Shown here one piece after another: positions 8,640 to 13,421 of a stretch of DNA of 13,421 bases (positions are counted from its first letter, which is position 1; the number at the start of each line of letters is the position of its first letter). Source of the stretch: Octopus sinensis (Eukaryota); contig NW_021826660.1 of the NCBI RefSeq assembly GCF_006345805.1, positions 1 through 13,421 on the forward strand, given 5' to 3'. The notes under the pieces were generated by a model that was given only the letters and a program-made list of their open reading frames with translations, was not told the DNA's origin and did not search any database. A program made the position numbers and the translations under genes.

Positions 8640-8754
8640 GCGCAATATGTATAAAAATCCAAGAACTGAAATAGAACCATTGGCACAAATAGGTTTCGAG
8701 AGACATATTAATGGTTTTGTATTTTCACAAAAGGGCAGCAATTTTGAGAGATGG

Positions 8755-8926
8755 AGTAAGTGGATTACACTGACCCCGGTGTTAAAATGATAATTATTTC
8801 ATCGACCCCGCAGGTATGAAAGGCAAAGTTGACCTAGGTGGAATTTGAACTCGGAACGTAAGGACGGACGAAATGCCGCTAAGCTTTTTATCCGACGTGC
8901 TAACAATTCTGCCAGCTCGCCACCTT
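8755..8926 (-). mobile_element. SINE family A, head and body, tail truncated or diverged
   Basis: ATCGACCCC..GGTATGAAAGGCAAAGTTGACCTAGGTGGAATTTGAACTCGGAACG...TTCTGCCAGCTCGCCACCTT. Confidence 0.85.
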
Positions 8927-9049
8927 AGACATATATGTCACTGCGCGTGTGTGTGTGTTGGAAAGACTAACTCTTTATATGAATGTATATGTACGTATAC
9001 ACACACAGAAATGTGCTTGTGTATATATATATATACATAAGAGCACATA

Positions 9050-9240
9050 AGAGCAAAACAAGGTGATAAGAAATAGTAATTGAATACAAAAGGTAAACTA
9101 ATATACTTTTTATTAAAGTCGCAAAATCAACACAGAAATGTTATTCAAAGTTTCACGCTTCCGTTCATCGAAGACTGGTGATAAATATTGCTCGACGAAC
9201 TGGAAGATGAAACCCTGAGTAACAGCAGTTTTAATGAAAA
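9050..9240. mobile_element. Probable Penelope-like element terminal fragment in inverted (fold-back) arrangement, with two degenerate hammerhead-like motifs
   Basis: Arms TGTTATTCAAAGTTTCACGCTTCCGTTCATCGA (9139-9171) and TCGACGAACTGGAAGATGAAACCCTGAGTAACA (9192-9224) are imperfect inverted repeats. Outer similarity extends to TTTTATTAAAG (9107) and TTTTAATGAAAA (9240). Each arm reads CGAYGA-(stem II)-GAAAC. Confidence 0.6.
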
Positions 9241-9321
9241 TTATATATATATATGTGTGTGTGTGTGTGCTTGTGCGTGTGTGCGTGTGTGTGTGTGTGT
9301 GTTTGTATGAGTTTGTGTGTG
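9241..9321. repeat. (AT)n/(GT)n microsatellite
   Basis: Directly visible. Confidence 0.95.
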
Positions 9322-9530
9322 AGATCTGGCGCCGGAGGGCAACTGTAAAATGTGCAATCCATAGACACTATTGCATGGTTCGTTCTGCTGCGACTAAAGC
9401 GACAATACTATCGAGGCTTCTTGTTAGAAACATGAACTTCCGAAAACCATGCAGCAAGGAATTGAAACCTTGTCAGAGGGCAGCGGATGAATGATGGAGA
9501 ATAATAAACATTAAAATTTGGTACATAAGT

Positions 9531-9613
9531 GCATACATACATATATACATACGTATACATACATACACACACACACATACATACTTACATACATACATAC
9601 ATACATGCATACA
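9531..9613. repeat. (CATA)n microsatellite, the sense-strand (TATG)n tail of the adjacent LINE 3' end
   Basis: Directly visible; it abuts the 3' end of the 9613-9806 fragment. Confidence 0.93.
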
Positions 9614-9806
9614 TGAAGACTGGCCGTTGCACGAAACTTAAATGTTATTGGTGCTATGATTGAATGTGACTTTTTAGCCCAGCTAAAGATCTACAATTTC
9701 TTGTACAGAATTGGCAACAAAAACCTTTACCGGTAATAGCCGGCTGTAGTTGTAACTGGGCTTCATGTACCTTTGCATGTCGTTTAAGTCCTCCTGCCGA
9801 ATTACA
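9613..9806 (-). pseudogene. Extreme 3' end of RTE-type LINE ORF2 (C2H2 zinc fingers) plus short 3' UTR
   Basis: The minus frame 9806-9654 reads CNSAGGLKRHAKVH-EAQLQLQPAITGKGF-CCQFCTRNCRSLAGLKSHIQS*H. This is one partial and one complete C-x2-C...H-x3/4-H motif of the CxxCxRxCxSxxGLxSHxRxH type found at RTE ORF2 C-termini. Confidence 0.75.
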
Positions 9807-9875
9807 CATCCATCCATCCATCCATCCATCCACCCATCCATCCATCCATACATACATACATACATACATACATAC
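9807..9875. repeat. (CATC)n/(CATA)n microsatellite
   Basis: Directly visible; it is the sense-strand (TGTA)n/(TGGA)n tail of the 9876-10520 fragment. Confidence 0.95.
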
Positions 9876-10520
9876 AAGCATAGTGGCTGCTTTCTTGTAT
9901 ACGAGCGAAGCTATTGATGGAAGGAATCAGTGATGCAATGCGAAGCCCTTGTATGACTCTTGAGCTCCGCCAAATATTTTCACATTGTATTGCACAATGC
10001 ACAGCTGTGCTGGCTGGCAGAGGGAACAGGTGCCACAGTAGGAACTCTTTTGACACACCTTTTTCAATCCTCAAACTGATAGACACAGCTTTACATTGAT
10101 TGCACATGTTCTGTTGTGAACGATGGCCATTTCACAATTTACGAGGGGTTGATTCCTGTGAGTTCTCTGATTGCTGACCAGGCTTGCATGACTCAAGTAT
10201 TTCTTCCCGCAAATCATACACGTAAAAAGCGCGACACTCCTTCATTCTTTCTAATTCCTCTCTTGATCTTCTCGGGCTTCATTCTCTTTTTCAAATTTCG
10301 AACAATCACTGTGCATTCTTTCCCACTGTCCATTCCTCTCATGTGTCTCCCTCTATCAATCAACAACTAAAACTCCTATCTATATCAGAGTAATTCTGGA
10401 GCAGTCCTTGATGTTCATTTGGGGTTTTTATGTCCTGACCTCCTACCATCTTCCAGCTCGCTATACAGGAGTTTCTTAGGAAGACTTTCATTATTCATTC
10501 TCATCAGATGTCCATCCCAC
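9876..10520 (-). pseudogene. 5'-truncated, decayed RTE-clade LINE: ORF2 C-terminal region with three C2H2 motifs
   Basis: Manual minus-strand translation from 10519 gives WDGHLMRMNNESLPKKLLYSELEDGRRSGHKNPK*, matching the RTE post-RT signature WxGHxxRMxxxRLPKxLLYGELxxGxR. After frameshifts it gives ...QWERMHSDCSKFEKENEAR...FTCMICGKKYLSHASLVSNQRTH...TCAINVKLCLSV*GLK(fs)RCVKRVP...HSCALCNTM*KYLAELKSHTRASH...*(9911). Confidence 0.88.
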
Positions 10521-10642
10521 ATCATACATACATACATACATACATACATACATTTGTCATTCTGTTTCTCTCTGTCTCGTCTCTCTCTCTCCCCTTTCGC
10601 TCACCCTCTCTCTGTCTGTCTGACAATCTCTCTCTTTCTCTC
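10521..10642. repeat. (CATA)n followed by (CT)n/(CTGT)n
   Basis: Directly visible. Confidence 0.92.
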
Positions 10643-11084
10643 CTTGGAGTGCGTGTCTTACATTCAACATTTCAAATTAAAAACAGATTAAGGACGTTTT
10701 CGTTACGGCATTCGGGTTATCACAAACGTCTGCAACACTGAAGTACCATCATATATTTAGTTCCCTCACTGGTTACCAACACTGTCCGTGTCACCGTATA
10801 CTTCGTTGAAAAAAAATAACGGTCTGTATCTAAGACGCTGTCTAACACTTTAGAACTCAAAAGAAAGACAGGAGGTACAAATATATCCAGGTACCTCGTC
10901 CCTCTAAGAATTTGGCCAATTCAAAGCTGTAAACTAGTATAGACATAACTTAACTTGCCTAGTTTAAAATTTACATAAAAAAAAATTGAACTCATAAAAA
11001 CCATGGAACTTCCGTCAATTTATGCGAGTTTACGTTGGTCTCAACGAACATATTTAAGATCATGAATATTTTTAAAAGGTACTG

Positions 11085-11265
11085 TTCTATATTTTGAGAT
11101 GAGGAATTCTGTGCATTATTTACATTATTTACATTGGACGGATCAGCCGATTTGTTGTTAACACAACATTTTGGCTGATTTATTCTCCATCCTTCATCAG
11201 GTGTCCTGGTGGAATTTTGAACCCAACCCTGGGTCCTCATTCATAAGGTATCTTTTTCTTAAATC
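11085..11265 (-). mobile_element. Probable Penelope-like element terminal (pLTR) fragment containing a hammerhead motif
   Basis: The minus strand reads GAATGAGGACCCAGGGTTGGGTTCAAAATTCCACCAGGACACCTGATGAAGGATGGAGAATAAATCAGCCAAAATGTTGTGTTAACAAC...AATGTAAATAATGTAAATAAT. The CTGATGAAG...CGAAAC-type terminus is characteristic of PLEs; the family is recognised by recall. Confidence 0.65.
11160..11206 (-). ncRNA. Decayed type I minimal hammerhead ribozyme
   Basis: Stem I ACAC (11204-11201)/GUGU (11164-11161); intact core CUGAUGA (11200-11194); stem II GGAUGG/UCAGCC (5 of 6 pairs). AAAAUGU stands where GAAACGU is expected (two CpG-type transitions); predicted cleavage triplet GUU. Confidence 0.65.
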
Positions 11266-11319
11266 TAAAAAAAAATAATTAATGAAGTAGAAAAATAATG
11301 TAAAATACTTGCGAGAATG

Positions 11320-11650
11320 TTCAGACAGCGGCCATGCTGGGGCACCACCTTGAAGGATTTTTAGTCGAATATATCAACATCAATACGTTTTATTACCATT
11401 TTAAAGCCTTGCTATGCTACATATTTTATTGGTTCACTTTTGCCGAAGCGCTTATTTACAGCGACGTAGACAAACCAACACCGATTGCTGATTGGTGGTA
11501 GACAAACACACACATATATACGACGGACTTCTTTCAGTTTCCGTCTACCAAATCCACTCACAACGCTTTGGTTTGTCCGAGGCTATAATAGAAGACACCT
11601 GGCCAAGATGGCACGCAGTGGGCCCAAACCAGGTAACATGTGCCTTGAAG
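11320..11650 (-). mobile_element. Older, diverged SINE family B copy
   Basis: GCGGCCATGCTGGGGCACCACC...ATACGACGGACTTCTTTCAGTTTCCGTCTACCAAATCCACTCACAACGCTTTGG...GAGGCTATAATAGAAGACAC aligns to 8238-8639. Confidence 0.85.
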
Positions 11651-12380
11651 TGTTCTTTTCGTGTTACGTCCTTTTTCGAGTTAAGTCGGATATATCTTGA
11701 AAGCAATTACCAACGTATGCGGATGCAAGTATCTGCTATATTTAATCGACATTGATAAGATCAAAGACCTCAGCAGGATTTGCATCCTGATCACAAAGAT
11801 CCTGAACAGATACAGCAGATCATTTCATTCCCGGAGCTCATGACACTGTATTTAGTCCCCCTATTTGACATTTTGCACAAGAGTTTGATAAAAAAACAGG
11901 GTGGGCATAGCTGGAATGTCTTTTACCAGAATAACAAGGAGCACACGAATAATATAGCGGTGACATCTTTAATCTTATAACAAAGTTACATCCCACAATG
12001 CACTTCTAGAAGAAATCCATTGTCTATATATTAAGACCCGGAAGTTTAAATCCTTCAACATTCTAACAATAAATATACAAAAAAGCCCAAGGGTTAAACA
12101 CATGTTGAAATCATATAATTTAAGTATAAGCAAGATTGATTTTAACTGCCATGGTTTAGGGGATGATGAAGTGATTGAAGTACCAGTAATATACCCTCCT
12201 CCAAAACAGGGTCTTTAGCCCAACGTTAAATATCAATATATGAGACCTATAGATTTTTCTATATAACAATATACTATATTAGTACGGCAATGCCGAACGG
12301 AAATACCGAAATCTTAAGATGTGTGTATATGTTTGTTATCACGTATATATATATATCATAAATCACTGATCGGTGATTGT

Positions 12381-12425
12381 CATACGCTGATGACGGGCAA
12401 ATACTCAGAAACTCGGGTCTGTGTG
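12381..12425 (+). ncRNA. Type I hammerhead ribozyme, near-intact
   Basis: Stem I CAUACG (12381-12386)/UGUGUG (12420-12425), 4 WC plus 2 GU pairs. Core CUGAUGA (12387-12393); stem II CGGG/CUCA with loop CAAAUA (12394-12407); GAAA (12408-12411); self-complementary stem III ACUCGGGU (12411-12418). GUC cleavage triplet with C17 at 12419. Possible distal stem I GUGAU (12373-12377)/AUCAC (12427-12431). Confidence 0.85.
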
Positions 12426-12594
12426 TATCACGTTAGGCTGGAGATGGAAACGATGACTTCCCTTTGCAAATACTGACAGGGCACAGATAGTGTGTCGATA
12501 GCCAGCTGGAGGAGGTGTCTTTCTGGGGCTACAAGCTACAGTAGCGTCGACACTTAAGGGTTAGCCACATTAGTTGGAAATATACTACTCACGA

Positions 12595-12755
12595 TAATAT
12601 ATATATTATATATATATATATAAATAAGATACAGATGTATGTATGGTAAGGTAGATGATTGTTTTTTTTTTTTGGCAGTATATATACATATGTATATATA
12701 TATATTACATATATATATATATATATGTATATATATGTGCTGTACTATATGTATG

Positions 12756-12811
<56 letters not shown>

Positions 12812-12855
12812 GTGTGTAATATATGTATATAATGTTTGTGTGTGTGTGTGTGGTA
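12595..12855. repeat. (AT)n/(GT)n compound microsatellite
   Basis: Directly visible. Confidence 0.96.
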
Positions 12856-13249
12856 TGTGCAGCATGACCGGACGGATAAAAGTCCCCCTCAGGGTACGAT
12901 ATCCTACTTTCGATACTATCTGTGGCAGGTGACATCTAGGAGTAGAATATAAGTAAAGGAAAACTGCATGGAAGCCCAATCAGCGGATTGTACTTATAAT
13001 TCCGAGGAAGCGACCAGCGATGCTGATTCCGCTATAATGAGGCAACACGTGACTGTTGCACGCTTGCGGATTTATACGTTAAATCGGAAGGAGGGCATAC
13101 GAATGATCGTAAACTGAATCGTCGTCGTGTAACGACGGAGATCCACCACAATATTCATGTGCACAACCAAACACTCGCTCATACACAAAGCATACACACA
13201 CCCACCCACATCCCCGCTTCCTGTGCGGGAGTACGCTTGTGCGCGTGTG

Positions 13250-13421
13250 CATATTTATCTACCTATCTGTCTATCTGTCTGTCTCTCTGTCTATCAATCT
13301 ATCTATCAATCTCTCTATCTATCTGTTTGTGAGGGTGTCTTCTGTCTGTCTGTCCGTCTCTCTCTCTCTCTATCCATCCATCCATCTACTTATCTTTTTT
13401 TCTTTCTTTCTTTCTATCTGT
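13250..13421. repeat. (ATCT)n/(CTGT)n/(CT)n/(ATCC)n/(TTTC)n compound microsatellite
   Basis: Directly visible. Confidence 0.93.

Noticed and set aside
10480-10507. Minus-strand CUGAUGA...GAAAGUC hammerhead-like string
   Set aside because: The intervening GAAUGAAUAAU cannot form stem II, and it lies in RTE coding sequence (GHLMRMNNES).
10992-11240. 82-aa minus-strand ORF
   Set aside because: It runs through the PLE-like terminal and hammerhead region, with no RT or GIY-YIG motifs, so it is better explained as non-coding pLTR.
11780-11980. 66-aa ORF in non-repetitive sequence
   Set aside because: Short, TTG start, no recognisable motif in any frame.
12860-13145. GC-richer segment, possibly another repeat or a continuation of the hammerhead-bearing element
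   Set aside because: Only a weak AAACTG..GAAGCCC resemblance to SINE-B. I found no second hammerhead, TIR or ORF, so it cannot be classified by eye.
1383-13421. Numerous YI/CV/HT/MYVC-rich and poly-L/I/Y/H ORFs in the ORF track
   Set aside because: These are stop-free frames of di-, tri- and tetranucleotide repeats, open on both strands; they are not genes.

Overview
Repeat-saturated, AT-rich eukaryotic non-coding DNA, most likely intron or intergenic sequence of an octopus/coleoid cephalopod. That assignment is an inference from my recognition of the SINE families and the extreme microsatellite density. No host protein-coding gene is supported, and nearly all listed ORFs are translations of simple repeats. 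The window holds: (1) several tRNA-derived SINE families, including a head-to-tail SINE trimer (788-1431) flanked by a 14-bp direct repeat; (2) a 220-bp non-autonomous hAT element with TIRs and a near-perfect 8-bp TSD (4731-4950); (3) decayed RTE-type LINE fragments, namely a probable 5' UTR (2070-2518) and two ORF2 C-terminal ends carrying tandem C2H2 zinc fingers (9613-10520); and (4) many compound microsatellites. The most notable signal is a set of type I hammerhead ribozyme motifs from apparently three different Penelope-like/retrozyme families within about 3.3 kb. These are a nearly intact one on the + strand (12381-12425), a CpG-decayed one on the - strand (11160-11206), and a degenerate inverted pair with a variant core (9107-9240). 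Family names and homologies come from recall and manual alignment, not from database searches.
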